Source: an uncultured Gemmataceae bacterium
Lineage (GTDB): Bacteria; Planctomycetota; Planctomycetia; Gemmatales; Gemmataceae
Length of the DNA stretch: 64,000 bases
Assembly: GCA_963750165.1 (NCBI GenBank)
Contig: CAVVPN010000012.1
Coordinates: 544,001-608,000 of the forward strand
Direction of reading: 5' to 3'
Below, piece after piece: positions 1-11,416 of this stretch. The position numbers were made by a program, and so were the translations under genes. How positions within the stretch are numbered: the first letter of the stretch is position 1; every line of letters begins with the position of its first letter. The notes beneath the pieces were generated by a model, which searched no databases, had not been told where the DNA came from, and saw nothing but the letters and a program-made list of their open reading frames with translations.

Positions 1-2
1 TC

Positions 3-638
3 GTCGGCTGCGAGGAAGTCCTGGAACTCGTGCTGGACGCGCCGCTCACGCCCGAGGAAGTGCGACACACCCTGTCCCGCCAGACGCCGCCCGGCCTGAC
101 CATCCTGACCGCTAAAACGATCGACTACAAACTCACCGGACAGGCGCGGAGCGTTTGCTATCGGGTGCCGCTGCCCTCGGAGCCCGTCTCTTGTCCGAGC
201 CCGAGCGCCAGCGAGGGGCCTGCTGTGCCCCGCGCTGGCGCTCGGGCTCCGACCAGCGCGCGTGACTTGTCGCGACGCATCGAGGAATTGCTGCAAGCCA
301 CGGAATGCTGGGTCGAGCGCAGCCGCCCCGCCCGCCGGCGCCTGGACGTGCGACCGCTGCTCCGCGCCCTGCGCCTGAGCCCCGATCATCTGGAGATGGA
401 ATTGTGGATGACGCCAACCGGCGCCGCTCGGCCGGAGGAGGTGCTGGGCCTGCTGGGCCTGGGCCCTCTGCTGGAGGCTGGCGCAGTGCTGGAGCGCACC
501 CGCCTGGAATTACACGACGAAACACACGAAACCGGCCCCGTGCCCCAATCGCAGGAACTCCGGGACAAACCCACCCGGGAGGGCCCGGCGCAGCGCCCGA
601 CGGCGCTGCTCCCGGGCCCCCTGTCGTTTGACGCCTGA
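3..638 (+). CDS. Radical SAM-linked protein (DUF2344/TIGR03936-like), 5'-truncated by window edge
   Basis: Frame open from base 3 (VGCEEVLELVLDAPL...); PPGLTIL, RRLDVRPLL and GAARPEEVLGLLGL motifs; this family commonly lies upstream of rne/rng. Confidence 0.75.
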   Translation, partial: VGCEEVLELVLDAPLTPEEVRHTLSRQTPPGLTILTAKTIDYKLTGQARSVCYRVPLPSEPVSCPSPSASEGPAVPRAGARAPTSARDLSRRIEELLQATECWVERSRPARRRLDVRPLLRALRLSPDHLEMELWMTPTGAARPEEVLGLLGLGPLLEAGAVLERTRLELHDETHETGPVPQSQELRDKPTREGPAQRPTALLPGPLSFDA

Positions 639-688
639 GGGCCCTCACCGCACCCGGCCGGCTTCCTCCGGCGGGAAGGAAGGAACTC

Positions 689-3146
<2,458 letters not shown>

Positions 3147-3157
3147 AAACAGAGAGA

Positions 3158-3244
3158 AACCGCCAGGACGCCACGGACGCCAAGAAGACAAAATCAAAAT
3201 AATTTGGATTTTGTCTTCTTGGCGTCCGTGGCGTCCTGGCGGTT
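3158..3244. repeat. Long intergenic palindrome built on 9-bp GGACGCCA(A/C)-type units
   Basis: AACCGCCAGGACGCCACGGACGCCAAGAAGACAAAATC ... GATTTTGTCTTCTTGGCGTCCGTGGCGTCCTGGCGGTT. Confidence 0.9.
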
Positions 3245-3251
3245 CTCACAA

Positions 3252-3350
3252 GGAGGCGCCGAACAACAACTTCCAAGAGTAGGACGGCTCTCCAGAGCCG
3301 TCGGGACGGCTCTGGAGAGCCGTCCTACGAAGTTGTTGTTCGGCGCCTCC
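3252..3350. repeat. Palindrome containing an inverted GTAG-type REP pair (REPIN-like, 3279-3328)
   Basis: GGAGGCGCCGAACAACAACTTC..GTAGGACGGCTCTCCAGAGCCGTC-GG-GACGGCTCTGGAGAGCCGTCCTAC-GAAGTTGTTGTTCGGCGCCTCC. Confidence 0.85.
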
Positions 3351-3356
3351 AAGGAT

Positions 3357-4379
3357 ATGCACACCATGACGACCACTGAGGACTGGGGCTTCGAGGAACT
3401 GCGGGCCGAGGCCGAGGCGGTGCGTCAGCGCCTCAATCACTTCCGCAAAGCGCTGGGCCGATTCTTCGTCAACAAGCAGGAATTGATCGACCTGATGCTG
3501 GTCGCGGCCATCGCCCAGGAACCGCTGCTGCTGGTCGGACCGCCCGGCACCGCCAAGTCCGACCTCGTGCTCAAGTTCAAGGACGCGCTGGGATTGGGGG
3601 AGGGCGATTACTTTGAATACATGCTCACGCGCTTCACCGAGCCGTCGGAGATCATCGGGCCCATTGATATTAGTTTGCTGCGCGAGGGCCGCTACATCCG
3701 CCGCGAACAGGGCAAACTACCGACTGCGCGGCTGGCGTTCCTCGATGAGATTTTCAAGTCGAACTCGGCGATTCTGAACATCCTGCTGACGATCATTAAC
3801 GAGCGGAAGTTCTACCAGGACGGCGTACCGCAGCCGGTGCGCCTGCGTGTGCTGTTCGCGGCGACCAACGAGGTGCCCGAGCAGGGCGAGTTGGCGGCGC
3901 TCAAGGACCGCTTCGTGCTCAAGGCCGAGAGCCGGTCGGTGCAGGAGGAGTTCTTCACGGAACTGATCGACGCGGGGCTGCAAGCGGAGGTGTACCGCAG
4001 CCTGAATCAGCGACCCTGGGTCGAGGATCACGCCACGCTCGACGACATTCTCAAGGCGAACCGCTATTTGACGTACCTGTTCAGCAAGAAGAAAGCGGGC
4101 GGCCGCGGCGACGAGCAGAACGACCGGCAAACGTTCTTCCCGGCGGAGGTGTTCCGCGAGTTCCAGCGGCTCGTCAAGACGTTGGTGCGCGAGGACCGTA
4201 TCTTCGTCAGCGACCGCAAACTGGTCAAGTTGTACAAGCTGTTTCGCATCCGTAGCTGGCTGTTCACTGGCGGCACCGTGACGCGCGACGACCTGCGGCT
4301 GTTGACGTATCTGGGGGAGACGCACCAGGAGATGGCGCTGCTGCGCGACAAGGTGCCGCTGCTGCTGGGGGATGCGTGA
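3357..4379 (+). CDS. MoxR/RavA-like AAA+ ATPase
   Basis: Walker A GPPGTAKS, FEYMLTRFTEPSEIIGP, Walker B FLDEIFKSNSAILN, DRF arginine finger; start moved to ATG 3357 (or 3366), past the palindromes. Confidence 0.88.
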   Translation: MHTMTTTEDWGFEELRAEAEAVRQRLNHFRKALGRFFVNKQELIDLMLVAAIAQEPLLLVGPPGTAKSDLVLKFKDALGLGEGDYFEYMLTRFTEPSEIIGPIDISLLREGRYIRREQGKLPTARLAFLDEIFKSNSAILNILLTIINERKFYQDGVPQPVRLRVLFAATNEVPEQGELAALKDRFVLKAESRSVQEEFFTELIDAGLQAEVYRSLNQRPWVEDHATLDDILKANRYLTYLFSKKKAGGRGDEQNDRQTFFPAEVFREFQRLVKTLVREDRIFVSDRKLVKLYKLFRIRSWLFTGGTVTRDDLRLLTYLGETHQEMALLRDKVPLLLGDA

Positions 4380-4526
4380 ACCGTGAGAACTTCCGTCCCC
4401 GGCAAGAGTTTGAGCAATTCGTCGGTGACTTGCTTCAAGCCGCCTGTGCCAGAACTTGCAGCAGGCCAACCATGAAGGCTCTTTCTGGGTGGATTGGCCG
4501 CGAACAGATGTGCGTCTGGTCGGTTC

Positions 4527-5435
4527 TCACGCCACCGCCTGGTTCGGCAGCGCCGCGCTGAGCGGCTTGAACGCCTTGAGCACCAGGACGCGGCCGAGCA
4601 CACGCTCAAGGATCGGCAGCGGCACCCAGCGCCACAGGTGCGGCACCTCAGCGCGGCGCAGCTGGCGCTTGTGAACGCGCTGCTCCACGAAGCGCCCGAA
4701 CAACCGCCGCAACTGGCGGCGTGAGAAGCGCTCGCCCGACCCGGGAGTGGACTGCCGGCCGCCCAGCCACTGCTCCCAGAAGAACAGCGTGCGCCGCCAG
4801 AAAACCACGTCGTAGCGGGCCGGCGTCACCGCCAGCACCTTGCCGCCCGGCTTCAGCACCCGGTATACCTCGTCCACGACCGCCGGCACGTTATTCACCG
4901 CTTCCAGCAGCGCACTGATGCACACCACGTCGATGCTCGCCGGCTCCAGCGGCAGGCAATAGGGGGCGGCGTGCAGAAAGCGGCCCGGCAGGCCGCGCAG
5001 CTCGAAGTTGCGGCGCACCAGCGCCAGCTGGGCGCTGCTGGGGCTGCACACCACCACGGCGGCGCCGTGGCGGGCGTACTGCACCCAGTCGGTGCCGAGG
5101 CCGTGGCCCAGGCCCAGGAGCGTTTCGCCGGTGTGCTTGGAGAATTCGAGCAGGCGGGGGATCCAGCGACCGCGGCGAGCGTGGCGCTGAGCTTCGACGT
5201 GCAGATACCATTGCAGCGTGAACGGTTCGGGCTCTTCTTCGCGGTGCCGGTCGGCCGGCGGGTTGAGCACTTCCAGGGCGAACAGGTGTTCCGCCAGGTC
5301 AGCGGGGCTCAGGGAGTGGAGTTGATCGTGCGTCAGGGCTGGGGCAGGCGGTCGCGGCCACCCGGACGGTTCGCCCAGCACCGACCGCGCGGGACCCTGC
5401 CAGAGACGCAGTTTACTGGGGTAGGAACTGTCCAT
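4527..5435 (-). CDS. Class I SAM-dependent methyltransferase
   Basis: LLGLGHGLGTD motif I, LPLEPASIDVV, EVYRVLKPGG. Confidence 0.8.
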   Translation of the reverse strand: MDSSYPSKLRLWQGPARSVLGEPSGWPRPPAPALTHDQLHSLSPADLAEHLFALEVLNPPADRHREEEPEPFTLQWYLHVEAQRHARRGRWIPRLLEFSKHTGETLLGLGHGLGTDWVQYARHGAAVVVCSPSSAQLALVRRNFELRGLPGRFLHAAPYCLPLEPASIDVVCISALLEAVNNVPAVVDEVYRVLKPGGKVLAVTPARYDVVFWRRTLFFWEQWLGGRQSTPGSGERFSRRQLRRLFGRFVEQRVHKRQLRRAEVPHLWRWVPLPILERVLGRVLVLKAFKPLSAALPNQAVA

Positions 5436-5677
5436 GTTACCTCTTCCCGACGGGGCGCCCGGCCGACTCCTTCGGCCGCCCGTTTGAGGGACGCCAGGGG
5501 TGCGGAATAGCCCATTTCCCGATGGGGGTCAAGTTCAGTTTGGTCCCGGCGCGCGTTCCCGCGCCAAAATCCCCCGGCCTCCCCTTTCTTTTCCCTTGGC
5601 CGCTGCTCCCCGCCCCGACATAATGAAAGAGAGTATGTTCGAGCAGACACCGACGTGCTGATTGTGAGCCGACCATC

Positions 5678-6754
5678 GTGACCTTGCCGCTTGTGACCGA
5701 ACCGTTGCCCGGCGTCCTGAACGTGTCCCGTGACCGCCTGCACACCTGGCTGGGGGAGCACGGGCAGCCCCCGCTGCGCGCCCGCCAGGTGCGCCGCTGG
5801 CTCCTTGCCGCGGGCGCCGAGTCGTTCGAGCAGATGACCGATCTGCCGAAGGGCCTGCGCGAGCAACTGGCCGCCGCCTTCGCGCCGCTGGAAACGGCCG
5901 TCGCCTGCCATCAGGAGTCGGCCGACCACACGCACAAGCTGCTGCTGCGCCTGCGCGACGGCTGCCTGGTTGAGTGCGTGTTGATCCAGGAGGACAGCCG
6001 CCGCACCGCCTGCGTCAGCACCCAGGTCGGCTGCGGCATGGGCTGCGCCTTCTGCGCCAGCGGTATCGGCGGTGTTGAACGGAACCTGACCGCCGGCGAG
6101 ATCGTCGAACAGTTGGTGCGGCTGCGCAACCTGCCCGACCCGCTGGGCCAGTCCGCCCGGCTGACGCACATGGTCGTGATGGGCATGGGCGAGCCACTGG
6201 CCAACCTGGACAACCTCCTCGCGGCGCTGGAGGTGGCGACGAGCAAGGACGGCCTTGGCATCGGCGCCCGCCACGTCACCATTTCGACCGTGGGGCTGCC
6301 GGCGAAGATTCGGCAGCTGGCGGAGCTGGGCCGGCAGTACCATCTGGCGGTGTCGCTGCACGCCGCCAACGACGCGCTGCGGGCGCGGATCGTCCAGACG
6401 CACGCCAAAAACGGCCTGGCGGCGATCCTGGAGGCGGCGGACGCTTTCCAGGAAAAGACGGGCCGGCAGGTGACGTTCGAGTACGTGCTGCTGCGCGACG
6501 TGAACGACACGGTGAGCCACGGCCGCGAACTGGCCCGGTTGCTGGCGGGGCGGCAGGCACACGTCAACGTGATTCCGTTCAACGACGTGGAGGGCCTGTC
6601 CTATCGGCGGCCGACGCCCGAGGCGCTGGCGGCGTTCCTGGCGCCGCTGCGGCAGAGCGGCGTCAGCGTCAAGGTGCGCAAGCGCAAGGGCTCGGAGATC
6701 GACGCGGCGTGCGGCCAGTTGCGGCGCCGGCAGTCATTAGTCAATAGTCATTAG
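5678..6754 (+). CDS. rlmN: Dual-specificity RNA methyltransferase RlmN (radical SAM)
   Basis: STQVGCGMGCAFCASG (CxxxCxxC), MGMGEP, LAVSLHA, TFEYVLL, IDAACGQL. Confidence 0.96.
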   Translation: MTLPLVTEPLPGVLNVSRDRLHTWLGEHGQPPLRARQVRRWLLAAGAESFEQMTDLPKGLREQLAAAFAPLETAVACHQESADHTHKLLLRLRDGCLVECVLIQEDSRRTACVSTQVGCGMGCAFCASGIGGVERNLTAGEIVEQLVRLRNLPDPLGQSARLTHMVVMGMGEPLANLDNLLAALEVATSKDGLGIGARHVTISTVGLPAKIRQLAELGRQYHLAVSLHAANDALRARIVQTHAKNGLAAILEAADAFQEKTGRQVTFEYVLLRDVNDTVSHGRELARLLAGRQAHVNVIPFNDVEGLSYRRPTPEALAAFLAPLRQSGVSVKVRKRKGSEIDAACGQLRRRQSLVNSH

Positions 6755-6842
6755 TCAATAGTCATTAGTCATTAGTTACCAGAATCGCGGCCAGGGACAG
6801 AAACCCAGATGACTAATGACTATTGACTATTGACTAATGACT
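6732..6842. repeat. Inverted arrays of heptamer AGTCA(T/A)T (about 6 + 5 copies)
   Basis: AGTCATT AGTCAAT... at 6732-6778 and the reverse-complement array at 6809-6842. Confidence 0.9.
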
Positions 6843-6882
6843 GCCGGCGCCGACCGAAACCCTCCGCGGCGGCGCTGGTTTA

Positions 6883-7581
6883 ATGGATACGGAGGCGGCC
6901 ACCATCCCGGCACCCGAGGCAGCCGTGTCAACGACCGGCGAGACCAGCCAGCAACTGGCCCTCCGCGACCCAGACATCCGCCGGATGCTACGGGTTCGGG
7001 ACGACGACGCGACCGCCTTCACCGAACTGGTCGAGCTGTACCAGCACCGGTTGGTGACGGTGATGCACCACCTGGTCGGCAACAAGGAAGAGGCTGAGGA
7101 TCTCGCCCAGGAAGTGTTCTTGCGCGTCTACCGGGTGCGCAAGAAGTATCGACCGCGGGCCAAATTTTCTACCTGGCTGTTTACCATCGCCAACAACCTG
7201 GCGCTCAACGCCCTGCGGACTCGCCAGCGCAAGCCGGTTGTGCCGCTCGACGTGCGCGACTCCGGGCCGCTTGGCCCACGCCCCGCTGAGCAGCTGGTGC
7301 GCGACCGCAGCGACCAGCCGGGCGCGCGCATCCAGCAGCAGGAGCTGGCGGTCGTCATCCAGCAGGCTCTGGAGGGCCTCAACGAACGGCAGCGCGCTGC
7401 GGTCGTGCTCAACAAGTTCGAGGACATGAACTACGCCGAGATCGCCGAGGTCATGGGCCTGACCACCAAGGCCGTCAAGTCGCTGCTGAGCCGGGCCCGT
7501 GAAAACCTCCGCCTCGCCCTCAAGGATTATGTCTACATGGACGGCCAACCCATCCCCAGTGCGCCCGACGAGGGGCCGTGA
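6883..7581 (+). CDS. ECF sigma-70 factor
   Basis: AEDLAQEVFLRVY, FSTWLFTIANN (region 2); YAEIAEVMGLTTKAVKSLLSRAR (region 4). Confidence 0.93.
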   Translation: MDTEAATIPAPEAAVSTTGETSQQLALRDPDIRRMLRVRDDDATAFTELVELYQHRLVTVMHHLVGNKEEAEDLAQEVFLRVYRVRKKYRPRAKFSTWLFTIANNLALNALRTRQRKPVVPLDVRDSGPLGPRPAEQLVRDRSDQPGARIQQQELAVVIQQALEGLNERQRAAVVLNKFEDMNYAEIAEVMGLTTKAVKSLLSRARENLRLALKDYVYMDGQPIPSAPDEGP

Positions 7582-7590
7582 CCCTTTTCC

Positions 7591-7645
7591 GTAGTGCAGG
7601 CGGCCCGCCTGCACAGACAGCGTGCAGGCGGGCCGCCTGCACCAC
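7591..7645. repeat. GTAG/GTGG-type inverted REP pair
   Basis: GTAGTGCAGGCGGCCCGCCTGCAC-agacagc-GTGCAGGCGGGCCGCCTGCACCAC. Confidence 0.85.
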
Positions 7646-7654
7646 GGGGGCTCC

Positions 7655-8176
7655 ATGCCGCACCTGAGTGACAACGACCGACAGAACCTGGTGGCCTACC
7701 TCGACGGCGAACTCGACGCGGCGACAGCGCACGCGCTGGAGTCGAAGCTGAGCCTCAACCCGCTGGCCCGCGCCGAGGCCGAGGCGTTGCGTCGCACCTG
7801 GGAACTGCTCGACTACCTGCCGCGGCCCGAGCCCTCCACCGACTTCACCAATCGCACGCTGTCGAAGCTGTCAGTGCAGCCGATCACCGGCAAGCAAACG
7901 CTGCTGGTCCGGCCCCGGCGGCGCTGGCTGGCGGCGCTGGCCTGGGCGGCCGCGGTACTGCTCGCCGCGGCCGGCGGCTACGGCGGCGCCGAGCTGCTCT
8001 GGCCGCCGCGGCCCGCCCCCACCGTCGCCGAGGAGGGGACCGCCGACGTGGACGAAACCCTGGCCCGCCACCTCGGCGTCATCGAGAATCGAGCCCTGTT
8101 CGAGGCCGCCGAGAACCTGGACTTCCTGCGGGCCCTCGACCAACCGGACCTGTTCGGCGACGACGCCGACTCGTGA
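7655..8176 (+). CDS. Membrane-bound anti-sigma factor
   Basis: LVAYLDGELD N-terminus, single TM (WLAALAWAAAVLLAAAGGYG), directly after the ECF sigma. Confidence 0.82.
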   Translation: MPHLSDNDRQNLVAYLDGELDAATAHALESKLSLNPLARAEAEALRRTWELLDYLPRPEPSTDFTNRTLSKLSVQPITGKQTLLVRPRRRWLAALAWAAAVLLAAAGGYGGAELLWPPRPAPTVAEEGTADVDETLARHLGVIENRALFEAAENLDFLRALDQPDLFGDDADS

Positions 8177-8188
8177 GGGAGACCGCCC

Positions 8189-9832
8189 GTGCCCGACCGC
8201 CGACTGCTCCTGTTGCCGTTGCTCGCCGTGGTGCCGCTGCTGCCGCTGTTCGGCGCCGACGAGGCCGAGCAGCGCCGCGCCCTGGACAAGATGCGCACCG
8301 CCAACCCCGCGCAGTTCGCCCGGCTCCGTCAGGAAGCGCGTGCCTTCCTGGCCCTGCCGGCCATCCGCCGCGAACGCCTGCTCAAGCTCGAACGCGACCT
8401 GCACGAGCAGCCCTCGTCCGTGCAGAAGCACCTGTTCGAGGTGATGCAGCGCTACGCCGACTGGCTGGAACAGCTGCCCGAGGACCAGCGCCAGGAGGTG
8501 CTGAAAACGCGGGACCAGAAGCAGCGTTTGGAACTGATCCGCCGGTTGCGCGAACAGCAGTGGCTGCGGTCGCAGCCGAAGCGGGTGCAGGTGCAGGCGG
8601 AGCAGTTGCGCCGGGCAAAGCCGCTGGCGGCGCTGACGCGCATTCTGGGGCAGTTCGCGGCGCCGCGCAACGTGGCACCGCTGACGGGCCTGGCGGCGCT
8701 GCTGGCACCGCGGCTGGAACCAACCGCCGACTTCCTCGCGCGCGTCAAGCGCGAGGAGCAACGCCGCCGTCAGGACTGGCGGATCGCCGCCCGCCACTGG
8801 GGCGACCTGGTTGAGCACCCGCCCAAGGAGGGCCTGCCCAACCGCCCCGGCCACTTCGGCAAGGACGTGGAGGAGTACGTCACCCGCTATCTGCGCTACC
8901 TGGTTTCGCGGGAGGAGTGGGCGCGGCTGGAGGCGGCGGCGGGCCAGTGGCCGGAGTACCCGTATCTGCTCGTGGAACTGGCGGATCGCTACCCGCCGGC
9001 GCTGCCGGGGCCGCGCGGCATCGACACTGCCGCGAAACTGCCGAAGGCGGTCAAGGATCGGCTGGCGACAGGGTTCTTCCCCAAAAAGCTCGTCAAGGGG
9101 ATCGACACGGTGCTGCACAACCGCTTCAAGGCGGCGGAGGGCTCGAACAAGTGGCCGAAGTTCGGCACCGCGGTGGCGGAGTTCGCGGCGCTGAAGAACA
9201 TCACCCTGCCCGGCGAACTGTGGCCGACCAAGCCGCGCGACCTGTCGCCGAAGATGCAGACGTTCGTCAAGGAGACGCTGCCACCATTGCTGACGCGCGA
9301 CGAGGCCCGCGACCTGAAGGACGCCGAGGGCAGCTGGCCGACTTACCCGGTGAAGATTCAGCAGCTGGCGACCAAGTACCACCTGCGGCCGCCGTGGCAG
9401 ACGTTGCCGGGGCCTCGCGAGCGCTGGGACGCCTACCGCGTCCGCCGGCAGGCAGCGCTGGACGGCCTGCCCGAGCTGCCGCGGCCGACGTTGCGCGACT
9501 TCGCCCTGCTGGAACTGACGCCACAGGAGCGGGCCGCACTGAACCTGTCGGTGCATGACCCGGCCAGCTGGCATCGGCTAACCGCCCGCTACTTCCAGGA
9601 GAAGCCCGGCGAGTTGCGGCGACTGCGGCTGGTGGACGCGCAGCACTTCCTCAAGCACGTGCCGCGCGGCCGCTACGCGCCTGGCGGCAAGCAAGCAATT
9701 CCCCCTACCCACCCTGTCCCGCGAACCAGTTTCCCACGGCGACGCACCCGCCGGCCCTCGGCACTTGCCAGAAAAATTGTCAGAAACTGGTCGATTCCCC
9801 TTGAGGCGCCTGCGCGGCGTCCTATAAATTGA
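8189..9832 (+). CDS. Exported helical hypothetical protein of the ECF/anti-sigma locus (DUF3106-like N-terminal region possible); 3' end uncertain
   Basis: Signal peptide RRLLLLPLLAVVPLL; LPEDQRQEV-type helical repeats; repeated L..A.G.WP.(Y/F) units; 12-nt gap from anti-sigma. Confidence 0.65.
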   Translation: MPDRRLLLLPLLAVVPLLPLFGADEAEQRRALDKMRTANPAQFARLRQEARAFLALPAIRRERLLKLERDLHEQPSSVQKHLFEVMQRYADWLEQLPEDQRQEVLKTRDQKQRLELIRRLREQQWLRSQPKRVQVQAEQLRRAKPLAALTRILGQFAAPRNVAPLTGLAALLAPRLEPTADFLARVKREEQRRRQDWRIAARHWGDLVEHPPKEGLPNRPGHFGKDVEEYVTRYLRYLVSREEWARLEAAAGQWPEYPYLLVELADRYPPALPGPRGIDTAAKLPKAVKDRLATGFFPKKLVKGIDTVLHNRFKAAEGSNKWPKFGTAVAEFAALKNITLPGELWPTKPRDLSPKMQTFVKETLPPLLTRDEARDLKDAEGSWPTYPVKIQQLATKYHLRPPWQTLPGPRERWDAYRVRRQAALDGLPELPRPTLRDFALLELTPQERAALNLSVHDPASWHRLTARYFQEKPGELRRLRLVDAQHFLKHVPRGRYAPGGKQAIPPTHPVPRTSFPRRRTRRPSALARKIVRNWSIPLEAPARRPIN

Positions 9833-9850
9833 ATTAACCGATTATCAATT
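9801..9850 (+). promoter_or_regulatory. Putative sigma70 promoter with downstream palindromic operator (LacI-like core)
   Basis: TTGAGG-16nt-TATAAA; AATTGAATTAACCGATTATCAATT imperfect palindrome; AT-rich island upstream of DUF1559 gene. Confidence 0.45.
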
Positions 9851-9918
9851 GTTTATGCGTTGATTGATCGGCCCCACCGCCCCGTTGTTTTCCTCTCCTT
9901 TTCCCTCCGGAGGCCGGA

Positions 9919-10815
9919 ATGGTCGGTTTCACTCTCCCGCGGAAGCGCCAGGGCTTTACGCTGATCGAATTGTTGGTGGTGATCGCGATTATCGCCATCC
10001 TGATCGGGCTGCTCCTGCCCGCCGTGCAAAAGGTCCGCGAGGCCGCCGCCCGCACGCAGTGCCAGAACAACCTCAAGCAGATCGGCGTCGGCATGCACAA
10101 CTATCACAACGTCTACAAGAAGTTGCCGCAGGGCTGGGCCGTCAGCCCGATCAACGCCCCCAGTCCGGGTTGGGGCTGGGGCTCCATCATCCTGCCCTTC
10201 ATCGAACAGGAGAACCTGTACAACCTGCTGGGGGTGGACCCCACCGGCAACACGGCCATGCCGGCGGCCGCCGCCAACGTCGCCCTCACCACGTCGCTGT
10301 CCGTGTACCTCTGTCCGTCAGACCCCGCCGGCCAGCAGCAGGTCAACAACGCGCTGAACAGTTATGGCTTCAGCAACTACGTGTGCAACCGCGAGGTGCT
10401 CGGCCCGAACTCGTCCACGCAACCGGCGAACCTGGCCGTGCAGAACATCCGCGACGGCTCCAGCAACACCCTGTTGATCGGCGAACGCAACGGTACGAAC
10501 AACATCGCCGCCGTCTGGCCGGGCCACGCCCCTCAGACCACGGCGAGCTTCGAGGGCCGCCCCGGCTCGGGCATCAACGTCCTGAACCCCGGCGGCCCGA
10601 CCGGCACGGGCAACGCCCAGCGCCTGGAATACTCCAGCATGCACAGCGGCGGCGTCAACGTCCTGTTCGCCGACGGCTCGATCCATTTCATGCCGAACAG
10701 CACCCCGGCGGACCCGAGCGACGTCTGGACGAACTTCCCGGCGAATTTCAGCAATTTCACGCTGCAAAACCTGACGCACCCGAACGACGGCTACCCCGTC
10801 TACGTGGACTTTTGA
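9919..10815 (+). CDS. DUF1559 prepilin-type N-terminal cleavage / H-X9-DG protein
   Basis: [61 protein letters not shown]. Confidence 0.95.
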   Translation: MVGFTLPRKRQGFTLIELLVVIAIIAILIGLLLPAVQKVREAAARTQCQNNLKQIGVGMHNYHNVYKKLPQGWAVSPINAPSPGWGWGSIILPFIEQENLYNLLGVDPTGNTAMPAAAANVALTTSLSVYLCPSDPAGQQQVNNALNSYGFSNYVCNREVLGPNSSTQPANLAVQNIRDGSSNTLLIGERNGTNNIAAVWPGHAPQTTASFEGRPGSGINVLNPGGPTGTGNAQRLEYSSMHSGGVNVLFADGSIHFMPNSTPADPSDVWTNFPANFSNFTLQNLTHPNDGYPVYVDF

Positions 10816-10864
10816 CCCCACGGCCCCCGGGTGCGGCGGCGCACGCCCATCCGGGGCCCGCTCG

Positions 10865-11329
10865 ATGATCGCGAGGCACGGCTTTATGCATTGGACCCGA
10901 TTTTGGCGGCCCGGGGCGCTGGCCCTGGGGCTGGCGTTCGCCCTGGGTTTGTTGGCCGGCTGTGGCGGCGCGGATGGCGACCGGATTCCCGTGCAAGGCA
11001 CCGTCACCTTCGACGGCCAGCCGGTGGACGGCGGTTCCATCGCGTTCCTGCCCGAGAACAGTGATGCGAAGGCCGTCAAGGTGGGTGGCCCGATTGAGAA
11101 CGGCAAGTATGAGTTGAAGGGTGCAAAGGCCCCCGCCCCGGGCAAGCACCGCGTCGAGATTTTCTGGCACAAGAAGACCGGCAAGCAGATCGTGTCGCCC
11201 AACGACCCGCCCAACAAGGTGGACGAGACAAAGCAGGTCATCCCGGCGCAGTACAACACGAAAACCACCCTGACCGCGAACGTGGAGCCCGGGCACACCA
11301 CCTTCGATTTCGACCTCAAAAAGAAGTAA
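10865..11329 (+). CDS. Small lipoprotein partner of DUF1559 (carboxypeptidase-regulatory-like Ig fold)
   Basis: Lipobox LLAGC; VQGTVTFDGQPV..G.I.F.P; IPAQYN..TTL; start may be 10886. Confidence 0.85.
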   Translation: MIARHGFMHWTRFWRPGALALGLAFALGLLAGCGGADGDRIPVQGTVTFDGQPVDGGSIAFLPENSDAKAVKVGGPIENGKYELKGAKAPAPGKHRVEIFWHKKTGKQIVSPNDPPNKVDETKQVIPAQYNTKTTLTANVEPGHTTFDFDLKKK

Positions 11330-11345
11330 TTCGCGTAACTCCTCG

Positions 11346-11397
11346 AAACGCCAGGGGCCTCACGCGGTTCGGAAACCGCATGAGGCCCCTGGCGTTT
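11346..11397. terminator. Long hairpin between convergent genes, probable bidirectional terminator
   Basis: AAACGCCAGGGGCCTCA...TGAGGCCCCTGGCGTTT. Confidence 0.7.
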
Positions 11398-11416
11398 TCG
11401 GTAGTCGGGGGGAGGG

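Noticed and set aside
3204..3356. N-terminal extension of the AAA ATPase given in the ORF track
   Set aside because: It translates palindromic repeat DNA; ATG 3357/3366 is more plausible
6732..6842. CRISPR array
   Set aside because: 7-nt tandem units without unique spacers; no cas genes in the window
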